DNA of 24,310 nucleotides from a virus. Lineage: Duplodnaviria > Caudoviricetes. This document shows positions 16,735 to 24,076 of the stretch, piece after piece (within the stretch, counting starts at the first letter, position 1; each line of letters starts with the position of its first letter). The stretch is from positions 1 to 24,310 of IMG/VR virus record IMGVR_UViG_3300048574_000533. One strand, given 5' to 3'. The notes beneath the pieces were generated by a model. That model worked only from the letters and a program-made list of their open reading frames with translations, was not told where the DNA came from and ran no database searches. A program made the translations under genes and the position numbers.

Positions 16735-17208
16735 GTGAAGGATTCGTTGACTGGTTCCACTCCCAGGGAACCGACCTCGCAGGGTTTGTAGTTGGCGAGG
16801 CCCAGGTGAGTCCTCTCCCTCCCTCACCTGGATCAACGAATCTCCTCACGTGAACGATGGTTCTCGTTAACCGGCTCGGCTAAGCCTGCCGACGCTCTGG
16901 CCTGAGGGCCCTTGGATGAGCGCAAGGGATGTGTTGGCGGATCCCCGGTTAGCGAGTTTTCTCAAATACGACATTCGTTGACTGGTTCTCCTCCAGCGAA
17001 CCAACCTCATGAGCCTTGTTGTAGGCAATGAGGGCCAGAAGGGTTCCCCTCTCCTTTCCCCCTTCTGGGTTAACGGATTTTTTGATCATGTTGCTCTTGC
17101 TGGGCTTCGTTGACCGGATCGGCAAAAGTGCCGGCGCTTCTGGCCGCCAGGGCTGAAAGAAGTGCACATGAGGGGCGGAAGAGCCCCTCCGGGTCAACGA
17201 TTATTTTT
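16735..17208 (+). ncRNA. Candidate structured ncRNA array: four tandem four-way-junction units (16741-16842, 16863-16956, 16973-17078, 17107-17200)
   Basis: Each unit is closed by TCGTTRAC...RTYARCG and encloses three hairpins. Units 1/3 and 2/4 show compensatory changes. G-U bias favours the plus strand. There is an upstream promoter and a T-rich tail after unit 4. Confidence 0.75.
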
Positions 17209-17220
17209 GCCTTCCCCAGC

Positions 17221-17967
17221 TCATCCAGCTATCCACTCTTCCAGTCCCATGTTCATGATCAGCTGCATCCAGACCTCAGCAATGTCCTGAGGCATCCTTC
17301 CCATCTTCTCCAGCATGGCGTCGGCCAGGTGTTGCTTGCCAGCCGTGCCCACGTTGTAATCCCAGCCCTTGTCCGGCAGATCCTGCCAGTTCTCAGGCCG
17401 CATCCGTAATTCTGGCCGGGCCGCCTCGTACTCGGCCCTGGTCGCCGCCACAGCCCTGCACTTGCACCCCCAGCCGTTGGGCGGGTAGTTGATCTGCCAG
17501 AACGGATCGGTGCGCGGCAGGATGATGCCGTCCATGGCCAGATGGTTGGGCCGTGGGTTGCGCACCCCGTCGTTGTGCACGTATTTCAAGAATTCTACGT
17601 TCGCGATCTCGAACTGCTGCCAGCGGCCCGCCTGGTAGGCGGTTTGGATATTGGTCCGCCAGATCAGATCCGATCTCCAGGCAGGCCCACCGCCCTGCAA
17701 TTGCCAGCCGTAGCGTTCCACCAAGGGCCGGAACTGCTTGCGGAACGCTCTGATGTCCGTGCCGCCGGCAATGGCCTTGTCCGTCATCTGCCGCAGTTCG
17801 TTGAGGAGGTCTGCCTGATACGCTCCGGCGCTCATGAACCCCTTGCCGTGGGCGGAGCCTTCCAGTTCGTCCCACTTGGTCGTCGGGATGTTGAGTTTAT
17901 CGCGGAACCAAGCGCTGGCCTCGGCAAAGGGCAGGCGGAAGACGTGCTCGAACTCAGCGGCTTCCAT
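17221..17967 (-). CDS. gpF: Mu gpF-like head morphogenesis (minor head) protein (248 aa)
   Basis: RTNIQTAYQAGRW, RPNHLAMDG, DPFWQINYPPNGWGCKCR and PDKGWDYNVG motifs. Confidence 0.93.
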   Translation of the reverse strand: MEAAEFEHVFRLPFAEASAWFRDKLNIPTTKWDELEGSAHGKGFMSAGAYQADLLNELRQMTDKAIAGGTDIRAFRKQFRPLVERYGWQLQGGGPAWRSDLIWRTNIQTAYQAGRWQQFEIANVEFLKYVHNDGVRNPRPNHLAMDGIILPRTDPFWQINYPPNGWGCKCRAVAATRAEYEAARPELRMRPENWQDLPDKGWDYNVGTAGKQHLADAMLEKMGRMPQDIAEVWMQLIMNMGLEEWIAG

Positions 17968-18154
17968 GGCCTTGTTGCTCCTGGTACGGGTATTCCCTGG
18001 CCAGACGTTCCAGCTCGCGCCAGTCGGCCATCATTTTGGCCTCCGGAACCTCAACGGCCTCGCCCTGATACAGGTTGCCGGCCACATACAGTCCCAAGAC
18101 AATCACCAGGAGCAACATCCCTTTCTGAATGCAGTCCCATGCCCAGCGGTTCAT
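17954..18154 (-). CDS. Small single-TM hypothetical protein (66 aa)
   Basis: ATGA overlap with the portal stop and a GGAGGT RBS. Fills the portal-gpF gap. Hydrophobic run MLLLVIVLGLYVAG. Confidence 0.65.
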   Translation of the reverse strand: MNRWAWDCIQKGMLLLVIVLGLYVAGNLYQGEAVEVPEAKMMADWRELERLAREYPYQEQQGHGSR

Positions 18155-19731
18155 GCTCCCACCTCCATCCGTCCAGCCAGGTTGCCGAGCAGATCCAGCT
18201 GGGCCATGATCTCGCCCAACTCTTGCGGGTAAGTCTCGGCAAAGAGATCAATCAACCGTTCCCGGAACTGCTCTACACTCTCCGCCTGCGCCAGGAGGGC
18301 TTCGGCGTTCTTGATCAAGACGTAGGCAGCTGCGGCCGACTCAGCCTTGACCCAGTGCAGCAGGGCTGCTTCCAAGGGATCGTCGGCATGCTCTTGCTGG
18401 CTGTTCTTGGCCGACTTGGGCGGCTCCGGTTTTTCGGGTACTTCAGCTGGATCATCGACCGCCGGATCGTTAGGTTGTTCAGCCGGCTGCGGCGTGCCCA
18501 AGCACTCCGCGCCTTCTTCCGGATCCGGCAGGCCCAGTTTGTCGCGCACCACCGATTGCTCCACCTTCAACCCCAGAGGCACCAGCTTTTCCAAAGCCGT
18601 GATCAAGAGCTGAGTGTCTTCCGGCTCCACCGCCTTGATGATCAGCTCCGGATAGAGTGACTGCGGTCCCCAGTTCAGATCAATGAACGGCCGGATCAGA
18701 TCCCGGTTGATGGTCTCCGAGAGCTGGCTGGCGTCGTCGTCGCGAATGTCTTCCCGGACCTCGGCTTGGGCGTCCTCGTTGCCGAGCTTGCCGGCCGTGC
18801 CTTGCGTGGTGGCGGTCTGCCCCAGAATGCCCCGGCTCACCTGGGCGTCCAGCCAGTCGGCAAGCTTGTTGAACAGCTCATGACCGCCGGTGGCTTTGGC
18901 CGACTCGATAAACTCAATCAGCATCGACTCAGGGATCACTGCCGCCGCATCGCTGCCCAGGTTGGCCACCGCAGCTTTCAAAATGGCGATGTCGTCCTTG
19001 GACGCGCCGGGCTGGTACTTGCCCACCCTGAGCGGCATGCCGAACACCTCGGCAAAGGCCAGCCAGTCCTTGACCGTGTAGTTCTTGCACATCCAGGCCC
19101 AGGCGGCGACGCGGGCAATGCCGCCCCGGATCGGGATGCCGGTTTTCAGATGCGGCAGGTGGCTGATGAACTTGAACGGGGCAAGTTCGATTCCGTCCGC
19201 CACATTGGCCTCATCCAAGAGCCGGATCTGCCGCTGAGACGCCCGATCAAAGGTGAAAAAGCGTTGATCGCGCCACTCATAGGCGCGAGGCGTCCACTTT
19301 GCCCCACGGGACCACAAAATCTCGCAGACCGAGAACCCCTTGCCGAGCGCGTCAAGCAGGTCTTTAAGCAGGCTCCGGAACCCGGCTTGTTTAGCCAGCG
19401 CCCGGACCTCGTCGGCCAGCTGCACATCGTTGGGATTATCGCTGGCCGCCTCGACCGTGATCGGCAGCGCGGCCACCGCCAGTTTGCGTTTGGAGATCTC
19501 GCAGCGGTAATGCAGATCCCGCTCTTCCATCTCTTCTGCAAGCGTCAGGTACTCGGCAATGTCGCCCTCGGCCGCGCGCTGCAGCAGGCCCGCCAGCTTC
19601 GACGGCGTCAGGCCGGAGGCCACGGTCGCATCCCAGACGCTGCGGATCCCGGTCAGGCTCGGAGCCGCGACTTCTTCCGTCAATGTCTGGGTCTTGACCG
19701 GTCGGCCAAGGTGGTCATAAATCATCACCAA
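18151..19731 (-). CDS. Portal protein (Mu gp29-like, DUF935); start could be 19731, 19728 or 19725
   Basis: LAEEMEERDLH, LLDALGKGFSVCEI, DWLAFAEVFGMPLRVGKY and ILGQTATT motifs. Confidence 0.95.
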   Translation of the reverse strand: MVMIYDHLGRPVKTQTLTEEVAAPSLTGIRSVWDATVASGLTPSKLAGLLQRAAEGDIAEYLTLAEEMEERDLHYRCEISKRKLAVAALPITVEAASDNPNDVQLADEVRALAKQAGFRSLLKDLLDALGKGFSVCEILWSRGAKWTPRAYEWRDQRFFTFDRASQRQIRLLDEANVADGIELAPFKFISHLPHLKTGIPIRGGIARVAAWAWMCKNYTVKDWLAFAEVFGMPLRVGKYQPGASKDDIAILKAAVANLGSDAAAVIPESMLIEFIESAKATGGHELFNKLADWLDAQVSRGILGQTATTQGTAGKLGNEDAQAEVREDIRDDDASQLSETINRDLIRPFIDLNWGPQSLYPELIIKAVEPEDTQLLITALEKLVPLGLKVEQSVVRDKLGLPDPEEGAECLGTPQPAEQPNDPAVDDPAEVPEKPEPPKSAKNSQQEHADDPLEAALLHWVKAESAAAAYVLIKNAEALLAQAESVEQFRERLIDLFAETYPQELGEIMAQLDLLGNLAGRMEVGA

Positions 19732-21092
19732 GTCCCCTCTATGGCGCCGAAGCCGGCGGTGGTCCGGATCTCGCGGTCGCTCGGTTCCATCTCTCGTTTA
19801 CGCACCGGATGGTACGCATACTCCACGGCCTTCCCATGGGCGGCGGTTGCCGCCAGGAACTTGGCCCAGGCCCGGTCCGCATGCCCGGAGGAATCGCTCT
19901 CGGCCACGAACCGGGGCGCGCCGGTGGGTCCCTGGACCTTCTTGAGCTTGTGAAGATCCGAGCGGAGATCCTTGTCGCCCATGGGGATGCGGGCTTTTCT
20001 GTCCTCGAACTGCTCCTTGCCCAAGGTGGCCATGATCAGTTTGTTGGGCGTGGTGAACAGCACGCCTTCCACGCGGGAAGCGCCATGATTCTTTTTGGCG
20101 TCCTCCACCGGCTTCTCGCCCATGCCCGTCTGGTCCATGCAGCAGCGGAGCACCCGGTAACGCAGGAACACGTCGGCAAGCAAGGCGTCCTGCTCGGCAA
20201 AGCTGATCCGTTTTCTGGCGATGATCTCCCGGTTCCAGGCCACGTCGCCCACTATCTCATCCACCCAGATCACGAACAGATCGTTGCGCGCCCCGATGTC
20301 CACGCCGACGTAGCAGGGGCCCCCCTGGTAGAGTTCTGGCCGGCCGGCCAGATCATCCTCGCAGCTGCTGATCAGCTCGAAGCTGAGCCAGGCGCTGGCC
20401 TCATCGAGCCATTTCAGCTCGTACTCCTGGGACCAGGCGTCTTCATCGTTCAGCGCGGTGCGCAGCTCATCAATGTCGCGAGGCAGGCCGTCGGCCACCG
20501 CCTGGTAGATGTCCGTGGTCTGGCGATACCAAAGCGAGTCAGTACCGGTCATCAGGTCATAGAACTTGTTGCCCTTGCCGTTGGGCGTGCTCACCACTCG
20601 CAGCTTGAACCCGGCGCTGATCACCGGGAAGAGCGCGGTCCAGATCTTGCGGCTGTCCTGATGGAAGGCGAACTCATCCAAAAAGACGTTGGCCGAGAAG
20701 CCGCGCGCCGTGTCCGGATTAGCCGGCAGGGCCGTGATCCGGGAACCGTTGGGGAACTCCACCTCCATCGAACGGTAGGTCGCGCCGTCGGTCTTGAAAT
20801 CTTGCTCGTAGCTGCGCACAATCGAGCCCAGGGCCTGGCAATGGCGTTTGACGCCCTCTTCGATGGCTTCCTTGGCCTGGCGCTCGCCCCGGCTGAGGAT
20901 CACCCACCGCGCCCGCTTGCCGCCCAGGTCCGCCAGTTGGCTGTCGCTGGCCACCTCAAAGGTGGTGGTAAAGGTCTTGCCGGTCTGGCGGGCGAACATG
21001 CCGATCTTGAACCGGCTGTCGTTGCCGGCCCACCGCTGCTGATAGGGATAGAACAGACCCTTGGCTGTCGGTGGGACAGGATTAAATTCCAT
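19725..21092 (-). CDS. Terminase large subunit (Mu gp28-like, 455 aa)
   Basis: YPYQ Q-motif, ARQTGKT Walker A, VFLDEFAF Walker B, VSTPNG, nuclease GVDIG, DQTGMG and GHADRAWA. Confidence 0.95.
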   Translation of the reverse strand: MEFNPVPPTAKGLFYPYQQRWAGNDSRFKIGMFARQTGKTFTTTFEVASDSQLADLGGKRARWVILSRGERQAKEAIEEGVKRHCQALGSIVRSYEQDFKTDGATYRSMEVEFPNGSRITALPANPDTARGFSANVFLDEFAFHQDSRKIWTALFPVISAGFKLRVVSTPNGKGNKFYDLMTGTDSLWYRQTTDIYQAVADGLPRDIDELRTALNDEDAWSQEYELKWLDEASAWLSFELISSCEDDLAGRPELYQGGPCYVGVDIGARNDLFVIWVDEIVGDVAWNREIIARKRISFAEQDALLADVFLRYRVLRCCMDQTGMGEKPVEDAKKNHGASRVEGVLFTTPNKLIMATLGKEQFEDRKARIPMGDKDLRSDLHKLKKVQGPTGAPRFVAESDSSGHADRAWAKFLAATAAHGKAVEYAYHPVRKREMEPSDREIRTTAGFGAIEGTW

Positions 21093-21666
21093 AGACCCGC
21101 TTGATCTCAGCCTGCAGTTGTTCCGGGGTCATGGCCTGGGATGGTTCGCCCTGGCCTTGTTTGTTCAGCTGTTCCAGCATGGCCATGGCCTGCTGCAGCT
21201 CCTTAATCGCCGCCAGGGTCAGCGCGCCCGGCTGCTGGATCAGGGTGGCGATCTTCTGCTGCAGGGCCAGCTTGAGGCCGTCGATCATGTTGACCGGATC
21301 GGCCGGCGCCGTCTCATTGGCCGCTGGTCGCTCGGCGCCGCCGCTGCGCTGGCGCGCCTCCTGTTCAATCACCTGGCCCGAACCCACCAACGAGGAAAAG
21401 GCGTAGGCCTTCTGTGGATCCTCCTCATTGATCACCGACTCGATCAGCTTTGCTTTCGCGAGCATCACCCCACGCCGCACCGAGACCTGGGCCTGGCGGT
21501 ACTCCCGTCGCCGGTCCGGCCAGGATGGTTCAGAGTCGGCGGACCATCGTTTGAGTTGGGTGACGGAGACGCCGGTGCGTTCGGCCACCTGCTCAAAGGT
21601 GAGGCCGTCGAGGATGTACAGCTCCTCGGCAGCCTCAATGGTCTCCCATCCGTAGGACTCGGGCAT
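21082..21666 (-). CDS. Putative terminase small subunit, N-terminal HTH (194 aa)
   Basis: HTH-like LTFEQVAERTGVSVTQLKRW. Directly upstream of and overlapping the large subunit. Confidence 0.75.
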   Translation of the reverse strand: MPESYGWETIEAAEELYILDGLTFEQVAERTGVSVTQLKRWSADSEPSWPDRRREYRQAQVSVRRGVMLAKAKLIESVINEEDPQKAYAFSSLVGSGQVIEQEARQRSGGAERPAANETAPADPVNMIDGLKLALQQKIATLIQQPGALTLAAIKELQQAMAMLEQLNKQGQGEPSQAMTPEQLQAEIKRVYGI

Positions 21667-21670
21667 CGTG

Positions 21671-21928
21671 TTAACTCCCCGCCATCCCCAGGGCGCGTTT
21701 CAGGGCAGAAATGTCTGCCAAAAGGCCCATATACTCGGCGTGCTTGCCGGCCAGCTCCACCGCCTGAGCTGCAGCCTGATCCGGCTTGATCTCGGTCAAG
21801 GGCGCATAGGGTTCAAGCGCCGCCCGCACGGCAAAGATGTCGCCCTGCATCGAGGACTCCAGCTCCCGCACCCGGCTCTCTTTCTCCGCCAACAGGCCAC
21901 GTCTGGTCAGCCGTTCGTTATCCAACAT
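21671..21928 (-). CDS. Hypothetical coiled-coil phage protein (85 aa)
   Basis: Operon-coupled ORF with a GGAGG RBS. Confidence 0.7.
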   Translation of the reverse strand: MLDNERLTRRGLLAEKESRVRELESSMQGDIFAVRAALEPYAPLTEIKPDQAAAQAVELAGKHAEYMGLLADISALKRALGMAGS

Positions 21929-22328
21929 TTCTGCCTCCTTTAAGCAGGTGCCCGTCGATCCGGTCGACCAGCTTGGTCATGGACTGGGTGTTGAGGTGGA
22001 TGATCCCGGCCAGGTCGTTGGCCAGCTTCTCGTAGCCCTGGACCAGGATGACGTTGTTCTCGTAGTTGCGGACCACCTCTTCAAACCGCTTCTCCTGGGC
22101 GGCCAGCATCTGCATCACCATCTCGCGAAAGCCGGTGATGTCTTCGCGGTGCTTGATCTCGCGGTCTGCTTCCAGTTGCACGGCGGACAGTCGCATCCGC
22201 TCGGCCCGGCGATGGTCGAGGTACATGAAGGCCATGATCACGGTCGGGGCCAGCATGCAGACGATCAGCAGTCCCGGTGCGCCCAGGGTGGTGATCAGGG
22301 TGTTGATGATGCTCAGTTCTCCGTTCAA
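21918..22328 (-). CDS. Membrane-anchored coiled-coil protein, possibly lysis-related (136 aa)
   Basis: N-terminal hydrophobic segment followed by a charged helical region. Overlaps both neighbours. Confidence 0.65.
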   Translation of the reverse strand: MNGELSIINTLITTLGAPGLLIVCMLAPTVIMAFMYLDHRRAERMRLSAVQLEADREIKHREDITGFREMVMQMLAAQEKRFEEVVRNYENNVILVQGYEKLANDLAGIIHLNTQSMTKLVDRIDGHLLKGGRNVG

Positions 22329-22534
22329 CGGGGTCTCCTTTGCTCATGGGTTTGCTGACACTCCACACAGCGGGTGCAGCCTTGGGCCGCCTTGCGCCTG
22401 GCCTCGGGGATGGATTCGCCGCAGTCCTCGCACTCCAGGGCCGACTCGCCCTGGGGCATGGCCTCCTGACAGCGTTTGAACGCCAGGCGGTCGAAGTGTT
22501 CCCGGCTGGCTTGGGCGTGATCCGCTTCGTCCAT
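22325..22534 (-). CDS. TraR/DksA C4-type zinc finger protein (69 aa)
   Basis: MDEADHA (DxxDxA) plus CEDCGESIPEARRKAAQGCTRCVECQ. Confidence 0.93.
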   Translation of the reverse strand: MDEADHAQASREHFDRLAFKRCQEAMPQGESALECEDCGESIPEARRKAAQGCTRCVECQQTHEQRRPR

Positions 22535-23031
22535 TACCGGCCAGCGAGTTCCAGCCGGGCCGCAGCCGTCTCCCGGACGATCTCAACGATCTCCCGCACC
22601 ACCAAGGCCTTCTCAGCGCCGCTGGAGCCAACGCCCAGTTGCTCCACGATCCGGGCCTTGATCAGCAATGCCAGGTCGTTGAATGATGCTCGGGTTGCCG
22701 GATCCAGGTTCAGGTCGTTGAGCTTGTCCGCGATCACCTGATCAATGATCGCGGCCGGCACGCTCTCGCTTTCCTCGCCAAGCACCGCCAGCACAGTGGT
22801 GGCAGCGGTATAGGCGGGAAGCGCCGTATCGGGCCGGGCAGTAAAGGCAAGCCCCACGGCCACACGGATGGTGGCGGCCTCAACAGCGTCCACCTGGCCG
22901 TTGCCCAGGGTGGAAGCGCCCTTGTCGGCAAAACAGGCGGTAAGCGTGATCAGCAGCAGGAGTGCCGCCAAGACAAAGGCCAGGATGGGAGCCAGTTGTT
23001 TTAGGCGTTGTGCGGTGAGCAGTGGGTGCAT
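22534..23031 (-). CDS. Predicted lipoprotein in the lysis cassette (165 aa)
   Basis: Signal peptide ending in the lipobox LTA-C, with an AAGGAG RBS. Directly follows the endolysin. Confidence 0.7.
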   Translation of the reverse strand: MHPLLTAQRLKQLAPILAFVLAALLLLITLTACFADKGASTLGNGQVDAVEAATIRVAVGLAFTARPDTALPAYTAATTVLAVLGEESESVPAAIIDQVIADKLNDLNLDPATRASFNDLALLIKARIVEQLGVGSSGAEKALVVREIVEIVRETAAARLELAGR

Positions 23032-23059
23032 GGTGTCTCCTTGGGGTTGGGTTGATGGT

Positions 23060-23605
23060 TCAGGTGCGGGCGAACACGCCCGGAAAGTCCTCGTGCTGCC
23101 GCCAGTTCTTGTAGTGGAGGTACTGTTCGCCGTTCTGGCACTTCACCAGGAGGCGCGGCGGCCTATTGCGCAAACAGAGCAAGGTGGTCTCCAAGGTTTT
23201 GGCGCCCATGGCCCCGTCCACGAACAGATCCGGGTACAACCGTTGGCTGGAGTTGAGGGCGTTGAGTGCGTGCTGAAGGAACTTGACACCGTTGCCTGGC
23301 CCGCAGTTGACCGAGGCCTCGAACAGTTCCTCAGCCACTTCCGGGCTCACCGGATCGATCTGATGGCACCGCAGCGGCTGCCAGAACTCGTTGAAGTAGA
23401 ACTCCCGCACCAGGTCGGTCAGCTTTGGTTCCAGGGACAAAGCCTGGCCCGCTTTGCGGCAGGCGTCGATGATCGGCCAGCCGGCCCACTGGGGATGCTT
23501 GTTGCGGGCAATGCCCATGAAGGTCTCGCCGCCCGTGTCCTTGGGATTGTTGGCGTAGCCCTGCTCATATTGCATGGTGGTCGCGAATGCGTTGGCAAAA
23601 CTCAT
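23060..23605 (-). CDS. Endolysin, glycoside hydrolase family 108 with C-terminal peptidoglycan-binding region (181 aa)
   Basis: EQGYANNPKDTGGETFMGI, FEASVNCG, LQHALN and VDGAMGAKT motifs. Confidence 0.9.
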   Translation of the reverse strand: MSFANAFATTMQYEQGYANNPKDTGGETFMGIARNKHPQWAGWPIIDACRKAGQALSLEPKLTDLVREFYFNEFWQPLRCHQIDPVSPEVAEELFEASVNCGPGNGVKFLQHALNALNSSQRLYPDLFVDGAMGAKTLETTLLCLRNRPPRLLVKCQNGEQYLHYKNWRQHEDFPGVFART

Positions 23606-23639
23606 GGTCCCTCGTCATGGGTAAGGATCTCAACCTCAA

Positions 23640-23670
23640 GACGGGGCGGGCTGCGAGACCCGCCCTTGTC
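23640..23670. promoter_or_regulatory. GC-rich hairpin in the leader of the endolysin/late operon
   Basis: GGGCGGG-ctgcgaga-CCCGCCC, with extension GAC/GTC. Confidence 0.45.
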
Positions 23671-23828
23671 CCAAGGAAAAGGAGAATGCATGGCTTGTCC
23701 GAGCCATGGTGACGAGGGAAATATAGGGGAGATGGGAGGGAGCTTTCAGCCTGCGCCGGCACAGCGCTAAAATTACATAGAAACCGAGCAATTTCTGGTA
23801 AATAACTCGATTGCTCTGCTCTTTGTCG

Positions 23829-23861
23829 TTGATGCGCCTGATTGTTTAATGTTATACATTA
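23829..23861 (+). promoter_or_regulatory. Putative promoter with overlapping palindromic operator for the two plus-strand genes
   Basis: TTGATG (23829-23834) followed by TGtTATACA. The palindrome TAATGT-TAT-ACATTA (23847-23861) covers the -10 region. Confidence 0.5.
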
Positions 23862-23896
23862 TTCACCAACAAGGAACGCAACCCAAGGAGCAAACG

Positions 23897-24064
23897 ATGA
23901 CCATCCAGAAATTTGAATTTAACACCTTAGCCATGGCCACCCGGTTCACCGAACGGGCCATCAAACCGATGGACATTATTCTGGGCGACAACGGCCTTTT
24001 CTGGGTGGTTACCCTGGCCGACGGCGAGCGGTTGGTCAGAGCCGGTTACGAAAGAGCTGAATAA
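23897..24064 (+). CDS. Small hypothetical protein (55 aa, MTIQKFEF...)
   Basis: AAGGAG RBS 6 nt before the ATG at 23897, which is better supported than the track start at 23849. Confidence 0.75.
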   Translation: MTIQKFEFNTLAMATRFTERAIKPMDIILGDNGLFWVVTLADGERLVRAGYERAE

Positions 24065-24076
24065 AAGGAGGAGAGC

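Noticed and set aside
16949-17197. 82-aa minus-strand ORF (and 16654-16836, 16614-16853) over the array, e.g. a toxin extension of gpF
   Set aside because: Weak starts and no recognisable domain. gpF has its own stop at 17221. The sequence is better explained by base-pairing.
16741-17200. Array interpreted as CRISPR
   Set aside because: The repeated parts are short inverted stems enclosing structured interiors, not 23-47 nt direct repeats with uniform spacers. No cas genes are present.
16741-17200. Array interpreted as tRNA genes
   Set aside because: The topology is cloverleaf-like, but there is no 7-bp acceptor with CCA, no canonical T-loop in the third arm and no 7-nt anticodon loop.
16741-17200. 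Array interpreted as integron attC sites
   Set aside because: GTT and AAC are in the opposite order to RYYYAAC...GTTRRRY, the interiors are branched, and there are no cassettes or integrase.
211-23770. Many long plus-strand ORFs (e.g. 4603-5724, 17542-18660, 18766-19953, 19809-21104)
   Set aside because: They are antisense shadows of recognisable high-GC phage genes and carry no motifs.
23786-23816. Inverted repeat GAGCAAT...ATTGCTC
   Set aside because: Only 7 bp with a 17-nt loop. It could be an operator, but the support is too weak to call.
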